Under the pieces are notes generated by a model. That model searched no databases, was not told the origin of the DNA, and saw nothing but the letters and a program-made list of their open reading frames with translations. This document shows, piece after piece, positions 47,169 to 57,759 of a DNA stretch of 64,000 nucleotides; within the stretch, counting starts at the first letter, position 1, and each line of letters opens with the position of its first letter. This DNA is from an uncultured virus (IMG/VR IMGVR_UViG_3300048598_000595). Taxonomy: Duplodnaviria; Heunggongvirae; Uroviricota; Caudoviricetes. The stretch is from the IMG/VR virus record IMGVR_UViG_3300048598_000595, one strand, 5' to 3'. A program made the position numbers and the translations under genes.

Positions 47169-47462
47169 TTAAACCTCCTCTGACTTTTTAAACGATTTAC
47201 CTGCTAACGCCTTTTCAAGTGCAACAGATAACGCCGTCCCAATACCCCAAATACCATCCGGACCCATGATTGCCGTCATCATGGTCGGAGCATCTGACAG
47301 TCCGCGAAACCATCCCCATAAAACAATACCGGCTAAAATTAAAACCGGAATTTGAGCGAAAACAAATACTTTTATTCGCGTTCTGGTTTGCCAATTCTTA
47401 ATTTGTTTAATCACGCTAACTCCTCCTCCAATAAAAGAGAGTAAGTAAATGAATCTCCCCAT
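47169..47462 (-). CDS. Holin-like membrane protein
   Basis: Two TM segments and a basic C-terminus, within the lysis cassette. Confidence 0.5.
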   Translation of the reverse strand: MGRFIYLLSFIGGGVSVIKQIKNWQTRTRIKVFVFAQIPVLILAGIVLWGWFRGLSDAPTMMTAIMGPDGIWGIGTALSVALEKALAGKSFKKSEEV

Positions 47463-48010
47463 AAGTCGCGAGCCTGGCGTGCCAGAGCCATAAACTCGTT
47501 GAAATCGGCGAGCCGTTTAAAAACTTGGCAACCTGCTGAGAATTTATCCACAGTCTCCGAATTTTCCCCGGCGTGGTGCAAGTTAACGCCAAAAAGCCCG
47601 GTTTCCTCCCGGCCGGAAAAGTAGTCAAGCTTGTTATCCCGGTTGTAATCCCGGATCAATGTGCAGGGAGATGCTTGGACTAAAGCCTCATAATTTTTAT
47701 GTATCCCAATTTTCCACAATCCCGGATATTGCCCGGGCTTTAAAATCCCGGTTCCATTTGGATTCATTGGATTTTGGAGCCAGTATAAACCCGGGTCGGT
47801 CGTAATGGCATAAATATGAATATTATTCCATTTGCCGGCATTTTTGCTTTTCCAGAACACCCAAAGTTGATCATTGAAGGTATTTGGGGTCAGGTCCCTC
47901 GACCGTATTCCAACCAGGTTAAGATTATAGTCCCGGTCGTTCATTTCAAAAACAGTATATTTTTTCCGTTGCATCGTTGAAATAATTTGATTTAATGTAA
48001 CAGGTTTCAT
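47411..48010 (-). CDS. Putative endolysin with L,D-transpeptidase-like motif
   Basis: NLVGIR..FND..TTDPG..FGVNLH..SAGCQV; likely ATG at 48010. Confidence 0.65.
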   Translation of the reverse strand: MKPVTLNQIISTMQRKKYTVFEMNDRDYNLNLVGIRSRDLTPNTFNDQLWVFWKSKNAGKWNNIHIYAITTDPGLYWLQNPMNPNGTGILKPGQYPGLWKIGIHKNYEALVQASPCTLIRDYNRDNKLDYFSGREETGLFGVNLHHAGENSETVDKFSAGCQVFKRLADFNEFMALARQARDLWGDSFTYSLLLEEELA

Positions 48011-48024
48011 AATGTTCTCCCCAT

Positions 48025-48225
48025 CTATCTTTTTACTAATAAAACAATGAGATTGACTGCTAGCCCTCCCAAAGTAAGGAGAAACCATGTCTGAAAGCTT
48101 TCCACTTTTGCGGTTAGCTTTTCGGTTTGTTTTTCCATATTCTCCACCCTTTCCTCTAATTTACCGACACAAACGTCAATTTCCGACATATAAACCACCA
48201 CCTTATAAATATCAAAGCCGCCCAT
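48025..48225 (-). CDS. XhlA-like holin accessory protein
   Basis: Coiled coil plus C-terminal TM helix. Confidence 0.55.
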   Translation of the reverse strand: MGGFDIYKVVVYMSEIDVCVGKLEERVENMEKQTEKLTAKVESFQTWFLLTLGGLAVNLIVLLVKR

Positions 48226-48246
48226 TACTGAGCGGCCTTTAAAACC

Positions 48247-51200
48247 TTAATCGCTTGCTGCCAATCCCATCTTCCGTAAATTTCTGACCAATTGAGCATA
48301 TTCTGCCGGTCGCATTGTCGATTTATATTCCATCAGTTTTGCTTTGCGATTTGTTTTGTTTAACTTGAGTACAATCTTTAAATTGGTGTCCGGGATAACC
48401 TTTGAGGCATACCGGAGATATTGATTTCGAAACTCTGAAAATGACGTTCCATCTTTGACCAATCCATCTTTTTTAAGTGCTTTATAAGTTGTCATCATCT
48501 GGCTGATGGACGGGACGCCATTAATCTGTTTTACTTGTTTGATTACCTGATCTTCGATTTTAATCAGCCGCCTGGCGTTGACCTGTTTCTCTTTATCTTC
48601 TTCATCATAATACTTCTCAATTTCTCCCCGGTCGGAGATTTTCAAGAAAGCCCCTAATACATTCAACCCGGGCATTTTTAACGCCCGTTCCATAGCCGAC
48701 ATATTTTTTTCGGAATAATCATTTGGGGTATAAATGGCGCTTCCTCCGGAGCTCTGCCAGACATCTTTAATCATGGCTTTATGCGCGGGCCATCCACCTG
48801 CCTGATATGCTTTTTCCGGAATGATTGGACGGCCCCGGAAGTCATCCGTGGGATTTTGACCTTTAACATAATAGGTATACAGGTCTCTAGCGATTTTTAA
48901 TATTGGGTTCAAATTATAAGGGTTCTGCTGCCCAATGGTGTCCATCACTCCACGAGCCCCAACAAACCTTCCTCCCGATAATGCCCAGGTAAGCGCCCCC
49001 CACATTTGCCCCTCATAATCTTGCGGAATCCTTAAATAAACCGCCTTTCCTTCCTTATTGGTCCCCATGGGGATAACATCATACATTTGTTTGTCGTACT
49101 CAGGAATTTTGGCAATAAGTTCCTTGAGTTTATCCGAACCGAATGCCGCCGCTCCAACCAACATAAGTTTTGGTATCACATTAACGAGCATCGTTTTCCA
49201 AATAAACGCGCCCCGGTTTTTGTTGAATGCCTCGATAGATGAACGAAGTCCCTCTTTGCCGATATTGCTAAACATAAATACATTATTGGTGAGTTGATGA
49301 AGCGCTCCCTGGCGCCGGGCGTCCGGGGTCCCGATCCGGGTTCGAACAGTCTGACCGATTTCACCGGTAGAAAGACCGGTTTCGTTTTTAAGGTACTTAA
49401 ACCCAGCTACCTTCCCAGTCATCTCGGAAACCCTTCCAAACCGTTCTAGGGCATCCCAGGCTCGTTTTAGATTGCCCCTTGCTCCACGTTCCTTAATGGC
49501 GGCTCCCGGGTTAACATGAAATTCGGTAGTTAATCGTTCAATTTCATTCTCAAAATTATAATCTCCTCCGGAGTAATTTCGATTAGGAGCAAGCATGTAT
49601 TCTTGCATCATGGTTGAGATATCGTCACTCCGATTTAAATCTTTTGTTTTTTTACCGAACATTTCACGGACCGGATTAAGCGGAGCCACTTCCCGGATGA
49701 CATCCCGAAAAGCTTGATTATAATACTTGGCTAGTTTCGGCAAATCTCGCACCCTGATCTCAGGTACATTTTTAACCGTCGCTTTAAAGTCTCGAATAAC
49801 GTTTCTTGCCATCCAGAGAGGATTCTTGGCTACCATTACTTCCTTAATTGGCCGGGTTAATTTTTGGGCGAATTCTGCCAATTTGGTGGCCTCGAATGGG
49901 TTTTTCTCAAAACTCTCCGCGATGTCCTTATGAACGTAATACGATTCCATCTCGCCGTCTTTGAGTATTGAAAAGACTTTCATCTCCGGATCACGTGGTT
50001 CCTTTGCGGTCTGCCCTTTGATATTGGCATCATAAACTTTTTCAGCCGGCTGAATTTCTCCGATGGAACCCAAGAAGTCTAGTGCGGCCGTTTTTGCCTC
50101 ATTCATCTTCGCAGCTCGGAGCATCGAAATATCTTGAATAACGGTAGCCACAAAAGGATTTTCGATGTCAGAAAGGGTACCGATTTGTTTATACACCCGG
50201 GCCGTCCCCTGGCCGCCAAACGTATCCTCCAGGTAATGAGTGACGCTAAATTTGGCGTAATCCTTGGATGATTTCATAAGGTCAATCATTTCCGGGGAAT
50301 ACATGCCCGCGGATTCCACCCGGGGAATAATTGTTTTTTCCCGTAGGGTCCGGTATGATTCTACCGACTTTTCCAGCGCATTATATTTTGGATCCCCCAG
50401 TTTTATTTTTAAATTTCCCAACATTTGTTTAGCCGCTTTTTCATCCAGACCGCGAGGGTTGGCAATGGTTGACCGTTCAGTGGAAGCTCGTTTTGCCAAA
50501 AGGTATACGCCCATATCTTCCATGGACAATCCGGCATCAGACATAGGTTTAATGACTGATTTATTCAAGTTAAAAACATAGTCATTTGCCTCCGCTGCCA
50601 TGTATTTGGTTTCTTCCAACTCCTGTCGGGCATTGGCCGCAAGCTTGGCTGTATTGCCGCCTTGTTTAGTTCCTTTTCGAATCTGTTTTAATAATGATTG
50701 GTCACGGTCGATCAAAAGCTTTTCGAGTGAATCTGGAATATCTTTTAACTTGGGAATTCCTCTCTTGACCGCTTCCGCCCGGGCTTTATTTCCTTCTTCG
50801 AGCATTTTATAAGCACCTTCAAGCCGATTTTGACCTGTTGTGACCGGATTGGTGAGCCGGTTTTGGATATCCTCATAAACTGCTTTCACCCTGGGCTTGT
50901 TTTCGAGATAATTAAAAAACGCCTTGTAAAAATTAGGCGCTTCTTGTTTTAAAAGATTCGGATTATTAAACAACACTGAAATAGAATCGGCGTACAGTTC
51001 CTTGGAAGAGAACCGATACGCCGTATACTTTCTATCCTTTGCCGGGTCGAACGGTTTCCACCTTTGGGAAAGATTTTTCAATTCATTGTTCACCGTTTCA
51101 TATTCAAACAGTTTCCGTTTGAGGATTTCCTGGTGAATCAAATCTTGATATTTTGCTTTAATTTCAGCGGACCAATCGTTATAATTTCCGGCCGGTTTCT

Positions 51201-53310
51201 GTCCGGGAAGAGTAAAATTGACCTGCCCGGCAAAAGCATCTTTCAAAATCTGCTTTTTCTCCGCTCCTGAAAGCTTTTTAATATAATCAAATAAGGGCTT
51301 ATTTTTCTGGAATGCATTCACATCATTCCAGATATCCAAAACATCTTTTGGGGTAATACCGGGAGGATTTTGTACCGTACCGGCCTTTTGACCGTTCACC
51401 ATTTGTTCGGCCTGCTTTTTTAGCCGGAGCCGATCGGCTTCGGTCAGCTCTCCAAGCGCCCCCGGTTTCTCCGGTAAAACTCGCTTCATGAAATTCTGAA
51501 AAGATCCAATCCGTCCTAAAATATTCCCCCGGGAAAGAGTTTTATCTGGCAACCAGTCAACCATATGACCAATTTCATGGGACATGACCCGGGTGGCCAG
51601 AGCCGGATCTTTAAAAATATCCGCTCTTAATTTTATATCCCCTTTACCGTCTGGACCGTTAGAATGAGAAAAAAGCCCCAACGCGTTTCCAAGTTGCTCT
51701 TTAACGTGAGGGACTTTACCGTCATTGATTTGTTTTACTAACTCCACTAATTCCGGCATTTCTATGGATGAGACATCGGCGGCTCCGGTGGAAGTCTGAG
51801 ACGATGATTGATTGTTCGACTGACTATTTTTGTTTGGATTGGGTTCCGGCCCTGGGGGAATAGCTTCCCGTTCATAAGCATACCCGCCCATATCGGCGTT
51901 ATTTTTACCGCCCGGTACTTTTACTCGTATATCTTCTCCCATATCTCCGGGTATATTTTTCGTTCGGCCACGGTTCCCGGTGGTTTGTTCGGATTGGGTG
52001 GGCGGTACCGTTTGCGTTTTTTCTTGATTGATACCACTTTGGATTTCTTGGGTTGGTCCAAAAATATCCTCTCCTCGTAACGTATTTCGATTGTTAATTT
52101 CTGTTTTAGGAGAGATATTCCTGTTATCGTTTTGACCGAAATTTACCGGAACTTTTTCTGCTCCCGGCTTAATTTTTGCCCCGCTTAAATCAGTCATTAA
52201 ACCGGGTCCAGCTTTTAAAAGTCCCATCGAAACAGCGGTAGGCAAGTAATTACTATTGTAATTACTTTTTTCTTCATCCGTCGCCAGTGGATAAGTGGCG
52301 GTTAACCCAGTTGCTCCTTCTGCCGCCCCTTCTAATCCTCCGGAAATAAATTTAGGGGCATCCGGCAATAATTTTTCAAATGATTTTGCCACTGCCTGTC
52401 CACCCAGGGGAGCCGCCCCAAAGAAAACTAAATCTTTCCCATACTCTTCGGCGGTCGGTAATCGTCCTTCTGATATTGCTGTCTTACTAAGAGTATATCC
52501 CGGTGCAGTTGTAACCCCTTTCACAAATGCCTGCAATTCCGGGCCAAGTTTTGAAAGCCAGGGAGTTTTGGAGACAATTGAACCAAGCGCCGCCTCGTTA
52601 CCGGCCAATAAGGAAAGGTCTTGGGGTATTTGTGCAAGCATATTTCCAGCCAATTGGAATCCTTGATTGGATGGATTAGTAGCCAATTCCTGCGTTTTTT
52701 GTGCATACGGTTCGGCCTGACCTTGGGTGAACGATGATAAAGGATTCCATTCCGGTAATTGTGCTTTCGGATTAACCGTATTAATGGCAGTACGAACAAG
52801 GTTGACGGGTGATTCGACCAATTTAGCCAACCCTGTATTAAATTCCCCGGCTCCCATTTGCAATGAATTGTATACTGAACCGAAAGGGTCAAATGACGCT
52901 TTATTTTGATTCTGGGATTGTTCGTTTAATAATTTTTCTTGGTCATTATGAAGCTGTTTGGCGTAAGCGTTCGATGCTTCTATGGTCTTAAATTTTCCTA
53001 GATGCTTACCCGTTTTCATGTACTGCTGAATTGCCTCATCATCCGACATGACCCGGCCATCATCGGAAACAGTTGGAATAAGCACTTCCTGACCATCGAT
53101 GTTCACCCCCATACTCCGGACGGTGCTGATACTGTCATCTGGATTTTTCACGCGGGGACGATTATTAAGGTCAATGTTTCCGGTTTCGGTCATTCCGGGA
53201 ATGTTATCTTGGACGGAAAACTTTCCGAACAATTGCTCTCCATTTATATATTTGCCCGGTTTCTTTTTTGATATTGTAGAACTTGAACCAAAAAGTTCAG
53301 TGCCCAGCAT
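48247..53310 (-). CDS. Large polyvalent ejection protein (HExxH motif, LPD38-like C-terminus)
   Basis: 1687 aa; GNIDLNNRP..ISTVRS domain; MSHEIGH; IPEYDKQMY..IP..YLRIPQ. Confidence 0.75.
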   Translation of the reverse strand: MLGTELFGSSSTISKKKPGKYINGEQLFGKFSVQDNIPGMTETGNIDLNNRPRVKNPDDSISTVRSMGVNIDGQEVLIPTVSDDGRVMSDDEAIQQYMKTGKHLGKFKTIEASNAYAKQLHNDQEKLLNEQSQNQNKASFDPFGSVYNSLQMGAGEFNTGLAKLVESPVNLVRTAINTVNPKAQLPEWNPLSSFTQGQAEPYAQKTQELATNPSNQGFQLAGNMLAQIPQDLSLLAGNEAALGSIVSKTPWLSKLGPELQAFVKGVTTAPGYTLSKTAISEGRLPTAEEYGKDLVFFGAAPLGGQAVAKSFEKLLPDAPKFISGGLEGAAEGATGLTATYPLATDEEKSNYNSNYLPTAVSMGLLKAGPGLMTDLSGAKIKPGAEKVPVNFGQNDNRNISPKTEINNRNTLRGEDIFGPTQEIQSGINQEKTQTVPPTQSEQTTGNRGRTKNIPGDMGEDIRVKVPGGKNNADMGGYAYEREAIPPGPEPNPNKNSQSNNQSSSQTSTGAADVSSIEMPELVELVKQINDGKVPHVKEQLGNALGLFSHSNGPDGKGDIKLRADIFKDPALATRVMSHEIGHMVDWLPDKTLSRGNILGRIGSFQNFMKRVLPEKPGALGELTEADRLRLKKQAEQMVNGQKAGTVQNPPGITPKDVLDIWNDVNAFQKNKPLFDYIKKLSGAEKKQILKDAFAGQVNFTLPGQKPAGNYNDWSAEIKAKYQDLIHQEILKRKLFEYETVNNELKNLSQRWKPFDPAKDRKYTAYRFSSKELYADSISVLFNNPNLLKQEAPNFYKAFFNYLENKPRVKAVYEDIQNRLTNPVTTGQNRLEGAYKMLEEGNKARAEAVKRGIPKLKDIPDSLEKLLIDRDQSLLKQIRKGTKQGGNTAKLAANARQELEETKYMAAEANDYVFNLNKSVIKPMSDAGLSMEDMGVYLLAKRASTERSTIANPRGLDEKAAKQMLGNLKIKLGDPKYNALEKSVESYRTLREKTIIPRVESAGMYSPEMIDLMKSSKDYAKFSVTHYLEDTFGGQGTARVYKQIGTLSDIENPFVATVIQDISMLRAAKMNEAKTAALDFLGSIGEIQPAEKVYDANIKGQTAKEPRDPEMKVFSILKDGEMESYYVHKDIAESFEKNPFEATKLAEFAQKLTRPIKEVMVAKNPLWMARNVIRDFKATVKNVPEIRVRDLPKLAKYYNQAFRDVIREVAPLNPVREMFGKKTKDLNRSDDISTMMQEYMLAPNRNYSGGDYNFENEIERLTTEFHVNPGAAIKERGARGNLKRAWDALERFGRVSEMTGKVAGFKYLKNETGLSTGEIGQTVRTRIGTPDARRQGALHQLTNNVFMFSNIGKEGLRSSIEAFNKNRGAFIWKTMLVNVIPKLMLVGAAAFGSDKLKELIAKIPEYDKQMYDVIPMGTNKEGKAVYLRIPQDYEGQMWGALTWALSGGRFVGARGVMDTIGQQNPYNLNPILKIARDLYTYYVKGQNPTDDFRGRPIIPEKAYQAGGWPAHKAMIKDVWQSSGGSAIYTPNDYSEKNMSAMERALKMPGLNVLGAFLKISDRGEIEKYYDEEDKEKQVNARRLIKIEDQVIKQVKQINGVPSISQMMTTYKALKKDGLVKDGTSFSEFRNQYLRYASKVIPDTNLKIVLKLNKTNRKAKLMEYKSTMRPAEYAQLVRNLRKMGLAASD

Positions 53311-53328
53311 AATTAATCACCTGCTTTT

Positions 53329-54450
53329 TTAATTTTGGGCATAAAATTGAGCATGATACTTATTTTTAAAATCATTGAGAGGATTCGATGATTTTGGAAA
53401 CATCCGCGCAGCCAAAGCTTGCACATATCCATCAGGAACGTCTTCTCCTTTTTGCATCCTGGCGATAACATTATCGACAACTTTTTTAATACTTTTTTGA
53501 GACTGAACATCTTTATCTACTTGCCAAAACTCTTCCGCAGTATAATTTTTACTGGGCTTATAATTCGATATCCCCAACTTACTGGCCGTTGTAGGAATCT
53601 CAAGCTGTTTCTTATCCCCGGTGACCTCCGCCTTATATTGTCTGGCCGCATTTTCACCGTAGTTCGAACGTATCCAGGATACAACATCCGGTACCGGTTT
53701 TTCATTTTGCTTGTAATAATTAGAACTCCCTAAGCGAAAATCATCATAAGCGGTATTCATTTTATCAACAAATGTTTTTTCTTTTTGACCGGAACCGGTT
53801 GAATAAGGCGCATTGGCATCACGTATCAGTTTGGCAATTTCAGCGCGCTTTTTCTCCTGGTCCAATGGATCAACTTCACCTTTCCGGGTCAAGTTTTCTA
53901 ATTGAGCCTGTTGAATTCTTTGGCCTAAATCATTGGATTGTTGATCCTTTTCCCAGCCCTGCATCAAATTCATAAGTTCAGGTGATACTTGCCGGGTCAA
54001 TATTTCTTTTCCGGTCGGGAGGTACCCGGCGTAAGCATTATTTTGGAAATACTGAGAACGAATATCCGGCTGGGCCGGTCCATTTAAAGGCATTGTTTGA
54101 CTGCCGGTTGGAGTGAAAGAGCCGGTTACCTCTGGAATGGTTAGTCCAACCGAACGTAAATTTTGAGTGGTTTGAGCATCGGGCGAAGCTGGTCCATTCA
54201 TACCCGGGACATTTACCCCAACACTTTGAAGCATTCGTTGGTCGGTGGCGGTCATATTATTCACCGGCTCTGTTTGAGTGCCGTTCATCACCGGGATAGT
54301 ATCTTTCCTTTTGAATAGTTTGGACAGAGTTGCACCCCAATCTACCGGTGTTAATTTATTGCGAGTATTCCAGCCGGTTTGGTCACCATAATTATTTAAT
54401 GCTTGTATAATCGTGTCCCATCCATTCGCCATTATGCTCCACCTACCCAA
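53329..54450 (-). CDS. Ejection/DNA-transfer protein
   Basis: Synteny; low-complexity Gln/Pro-rich. Confidence 0.55.
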   Translation of the reverse strand: MGRWSIMANGWDTIIQALNNYGDQTGWNTRNKLTPVDWGATLSKLFKRKDTIPVMNGTQTEPVNNMTATDQRMLQSVGVNVPGMNGPASPDAQTTQNLRSVGLTIPEVTGSFTPTGSQTMPLNGPAQPDIRSQYFQNNAYAGYLPTGKEILTRQVSPELMNLMQGWEKDQQSNDLGQRIQQAQLENLTRKGEVDPLDQEKKRAEIAKLIRDANAPYSTGSGQKEKTFVDKMNTAYDDFRLGSSNYYKQNEKPVPDVVSWIRSNYGENAARQYKAEVTGDKKQLEIPTTASKLGISNYKPSKNYTAEEFWQVDKDVQSQKSIKKVVDNVIARMQKGEDVPDGYVQALAARMFPKSSNPLNDFKNKYHAQFYAQN

Positions 54451-55049
54451 GCAAATTTACTTCCAATGAGTTTTTTTAGTATATCACTAGTATTAGGAGT
54501 GGCGGAAGTGGAAATAGCAGGATCAGGAGTTTTGGGAAGTTCCGTATTCCCATATGTCCCAAACGTACTCATTCCAAGCTGTTGCAGGTTGTTTTTTCTA
54601 TCCTGACCAGCCTGATACAAATTATTCGCCAGTCCCCCAATTGCGGCATTCTTAGCCTCGATTGATTTTGCTGCCGCATTTTGGGTAAGTACGTCACCTG
54701 GCAATTGTCCGTAGAATCCCCGCGTCTTTAGAGTGTTACCTAGATTTTGCAAACCCTCTTTCATTTGAGTATCATACATGGGTGACAATTGATTACCCGC
54801 TTGCGTATACGCATCCTCATAAGTAGGAGTGGTTGTATTGTTATATTCATCCCAAAACTTATTGGCCGATAATATCCTATTTTGATATTCTCGTTCAGTC
54901 TGTTCCTTGTTCCAATTGAATTTCTGTGCCTCAAGCTCGACTTGTTGACGGGTTAAATCATTTTGTTGATTAGCTTGGTTGTTTTGGTTGATACCGTTTA
55001 CAATCCCTAATCCAGTTGTAATTATTGGTATTGCAGGCATTATCCCCAC
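54432..55049 (-). CDS. Ejection/pilot protein
   Basis: Hydrophobic Gly N-terminus, Gln/Asn-rich, RGFYG motif. Confidence 0.55.
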   Translation of the reverse strand: MGIMPAIPIITTGLGIVNGINQNNQANQQNDLTRQQVELEAQKFNWNKEQTEREYQNRILSANKFWDEYNNTTTPTYEDAYTQAGNQLSPMYDTQMKEGLQNLGNTLKTRGFYGQLPGDVLTQNAAAKSIEAKNAAIGGLANNLYQAGQDRKNNLQQLGMSTFGTYGNTELPKTPDPAISTSATPNTSDILKKLIGSKFAWVGGA

Positions 55050-55528
55050 CTCCGTAAGAATTCATCTTTTAATATACTCATTACTATCACATTTTCCCAA
55101 ATATCTCCACGTTTTACGGCTTGGCGTTCTATTCCTTCCCGGACAAAACCGAACCGGTCCCGCATATCTTCGCCCGGTGGCAAACAATTGGTCGCCAGTG
55201 GCCGGACGTATATCCGGTGAAGTTCTAAATCGTTAAAAGCATATTTTAGCATTTGGATGGTGACCAGGCCGCCGAGCCGGGTGAATTTTTGGTCCGGAAT
55301 CGCTATGCCATACTCAGCTTTTTGGTTATCAAAATCAATATTAAAAAGATTGGCCCAACCAATTAAGGTCGGGCCGGATCTGATTGCAAGGCTGACATAA
55401 GGCATGGATGACTCCGATTTCTCAGTGACAATATAATACATGAGAGATTGATCTGCCATCCATTTTTGGACAATGGGCAAATCAGAGTTATAAAATTCGG
55501 TCAACTTCATTCGGTGTATTCGCGCCAT
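55040..55528 (-). CDS. RimJ/RimL-like GNAT acetyltransferase in the tail module
   Basis: AEYGIAI..G....LKYAFNDLELHRIY...GFVREG...MSILKDE. Confidence 0.8.
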   Translation of the reverse strand: MARIHRMKLTEFYNSDLPIVQKWMADQSLMYYIVTEKSESSMPYVSLAIRSGPTLIGWANLFNIDFDNQKAEYGIAIPDQKFTRLGGLVTIQMLKYAFNDLELHRIYVRPLATNCLPPGEDMRDRFGFVREGIERQAVKRGDIWENVIVMSILKDEFLRRWG

Positions 55529-55755
55529 ACGACTGTAGGCTGCGTGACTTCATCGGGCGGACAGCCATACCATTCAAAATCATTACTCACCGGATTATAT
55601 TTAATGATTTCCCGTGAAGTAAAGCAGTCAATCAGTCGATTTTTAAAAGTAAGATATTGCTTTTTGGCATTTGTAACAAAGGCCGGATAAATCTCATCAC
55701 AAGTTACTTCCATCTCATTATTGATTACTTTTGTAAAAGCCTCATCATAAGTCAT
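55507..55755 (-). CDS. Hypothetical protein (possible fibre chaperone)
   Basis: RBS; downstream of the collar protein gene. Confidence 0.45.
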   Translation of the reverse strand: MTYDEAFTKVINNEMEVTCDEIYPAFVTNAKKQYLTFKNRLIDCFTSREIIKYNPVSNDFEWYGCPPDEVTQPTVVWREYTE

Positions 55756-55765
55756 TTTTGCCTCC

Positions 55766-56449
55766 TTAATATCGAATTATATATTTTGTTGTTACCGATG
55801 GTTGAACATTGTTATGGGCCGTACCTGACCCACTAGTTCCCGTCGCGAGTCCCCCGTAGGTTTGTCCCCAAACACTACTTTTGGTACCATTTGCATAATC
55901 CTGATCGCCTCGTGGTAATCCATGAGTATGAGGCCCGTTTTCTGAGGCGGTAAGACTATGCTTTTCTTCTCCAAATACACTTCCTAGTGTATCGGCCCAA
56001 ACAGCCGTTATTTGATTTGCAGAACTACCACCATTTCCGTAATCGTCCATAGCTACTATAATTCTACCTTGCCTTTTTGGAAGACTAATTCGTTTATGAT
56101 CTTCCCAATCTACCTTCACACTGGTTCCTCTAGTGCTGGCTCCTCCGGAAGATGTATATATCGGAGCGGTAGTATTGTTGTAGTCAGTCCATATCTTGGT
56201 ATACAGCACTAATATATCGTCATTCGCTCTACCCGTTGCACCGCTAGATGAATCTCCGATGGTTCGATCGTCTAACCATAACCATCGCCCTGGTGGCAAG
56301 TCCTTCCACGGCCATTCAAGCGGCAGTCCTATGGGTAAAAATTCATCGATTACAGCATTCAGTTTGTTGAGAATTTCCTGTATCTGCGGGTCCTGGGCCG
56401 GTGAAAAACTGGCCATTCGTCGCGCTCGTTGAATCGTCACAAATATCAC
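55766..56449 (-). CDS. Tail-collar domain fibre protein (likely start 56416)
   Basis: PIG..WP..PPGRWL, GEEKHSLT..E..HTH, AHNNVQPS..KYIIRY. Confidence 0.75.
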   Translation of the reverse strand: MIFVTIQRARRMASFSPAQDPQIQEILNKLNAVIDEFLPIGLPLEWPWKDLPPGRWLWLDDRTIGDSSSGATGRANDDILVLYTKIWTDYNNTTAPIYTSSGGASTRGTSVKVDWEDHKRISLPKRQGRIIVAMDDYGNGGSSANQITAVWADTLGSVFGEEKHSLTASENGPHTHGLPRGDQDYANGTKSSVWGQTYGGLATGTSGSGTAHNNVQPSVTTKYIIRY

Positions 56450-56467
56450 CTCCGGTAAAATTGAATG

Positions 56468-56496
56468 TTGACAAAAGTGAAAATTGGGTATACTTT
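56468..56496 (+). promoter_or_regulatory. Moron promoter
   Basis: TTGACA-17-TACTTT followed by AAGGAG. Confidence 0.6.
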
Positions 56497-56511
56497 TAGA
56501 TAAAAAGGAGC

Positions 56512-56934
56512 GTGGCCAAAATGAAAATGTTAAAAATATTTTTAATGACGATGGTTTTGTTGGCGCTGTTTACGGTGCCGGTTATGGGTGAAGAAGATAT
56601 AGGCATTCATGGTGCAGTTGGTTTTAAATACGAATTAACCGATCCTTCCTTCCGATATCAATCATGGGTAATGGATTTACATTACAATTTCACTGATTGG
56701 TTTTCTGTTGGAACAACGCAAACTACATTTACCAATGGATTTGGAACTTATTTTAACTTAATACCGTCTTTTGCACCGACAAATCAATTATATGAATTTT
56801 ACTTACAGTTTAACGTTTGGGAAAATACGGCGTTAAAACTTTGTACTTGGTGCAACCATGCCGTTGACAACGGAACAAATTTAAGTGAAATTCAAGGCAA
56901 TGGAATGTATTTGCAAGGAATTTACAAGTTTTGA
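56512..56934 (+). CDS. Secreted small beta-barrel-like moron protein convergent with tail fibre
   Basis: Signal peptide ...FTVPVMG; amphipathic strands; C-terminal YLQGIYKF beta-signal. Confidence 0.65.
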   Translation: MAKMKMLKIFLMTMVLLALFTVPVMGEEDIGIHGAVGFKYELTDPSFRYQSWVMDLHYNFTDWFSVGTTQTTFTNGFGTYFNLIPSFAPTNQLYEFYLQFNVWENTALKLCTWCNHAVDNGTNLSEIQGNGMYLQGIYKF

Positions 56935-56949
56935 ATAAATGATGTGCTC

Positions 56950-57759
56950 TTAATATTTTATACAGAAAAGTAATGCAACATTTCTCGGCCTGGTTTCCAC
57001 ACCCGCTTCGCTCTGAGGGTTACCAGTTGTATTTATATCTGTAGAACCACCGAACATCCAAGGAAAGTTGCTGCCATTTTGAATTCCCATGGTATTGGTA
57101 AGAATTATATTTTTAAACGTTGTTATAGAATGAATATGATTTTTAATTAATTCACTCTGGGAACTAGCAAATACCCGCCCGGAATCTACTCCCCGACCAT
57201 GATCCCAACCTCTCGCAAACTCACCTCTTAAGTCAGGTAGTTTAAAAGTAGTAGACCCATCTCCGGCCCCCCAAGTTATCCCAATGGCCAAGAACAGATT
57301 TTCGTACATAGATCGTGATACTTCTGCGCCATTACATTCCAACCAACCGGGCGGAGGGGTATTTCTGGCAAATGACAATACTGCTCCAGCAGGACATCCA
57401 TTACTTGCATTTTTCGCCGTCACCCCATCCGTTTCGAAAATATCCGTTATGGCATGCCCGTTAATATTGGTAGTGACATTATCGGCTTCTGCCACGTTTT
57501 GCTCCCCGATATTATCCTCCGTAATAATGCCCGAATCATTATTCCCTTCCGAGTCCGTCATAAGATTATCCTTGTGAACCCCCCCCCGGTCACCGTTGGC
57601 ATGAACCCCATCCGGATTCATCATGATATTCTGTTCGTCTTGATCGTTGTTGATCTGGTCAATGGTGGCAGTCCCCGCCGCCGTTGTATTAGAAGTTGAA
57701 CCCGTAAAACTCCTCGCTGGAATATGTGCTGTACCCATAATATTATCTCCTTTCGCCAA
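56950..57759 (-). CDS. Tail fibre with tail-collar domain
   Basis: PAGAVLSFA..PPGWLECNG..LF.AIG..GDGSTTFKLPDLRGEF.RGWD; ETRPRNVALLFCIKY. Confidence 0.88.
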   Translation of the reverse strand: MAKGDNIMGTAHIPARSFTGSTSNTTAAGTATIDQINNDQDEQNIMMNPDGVHANGDRGGVHKDNLMTDSEGNNDSGIITEDNIGEQNVAEADNVTTNINGHAITDIFETDGVTAKNASNGCPAGAVLSFARNTPPPGWLECNGAEVSRSMYENLFLAIGITWGAGDGSTTFKLPDLRGEFARGWDHGRGVDSGRVFASSQSELIKNHIHSITTFKNIILTNTMGIQNGSNFPWMFGGSTDINTTGNPQSEAGVETRPRNVALLFCIKY

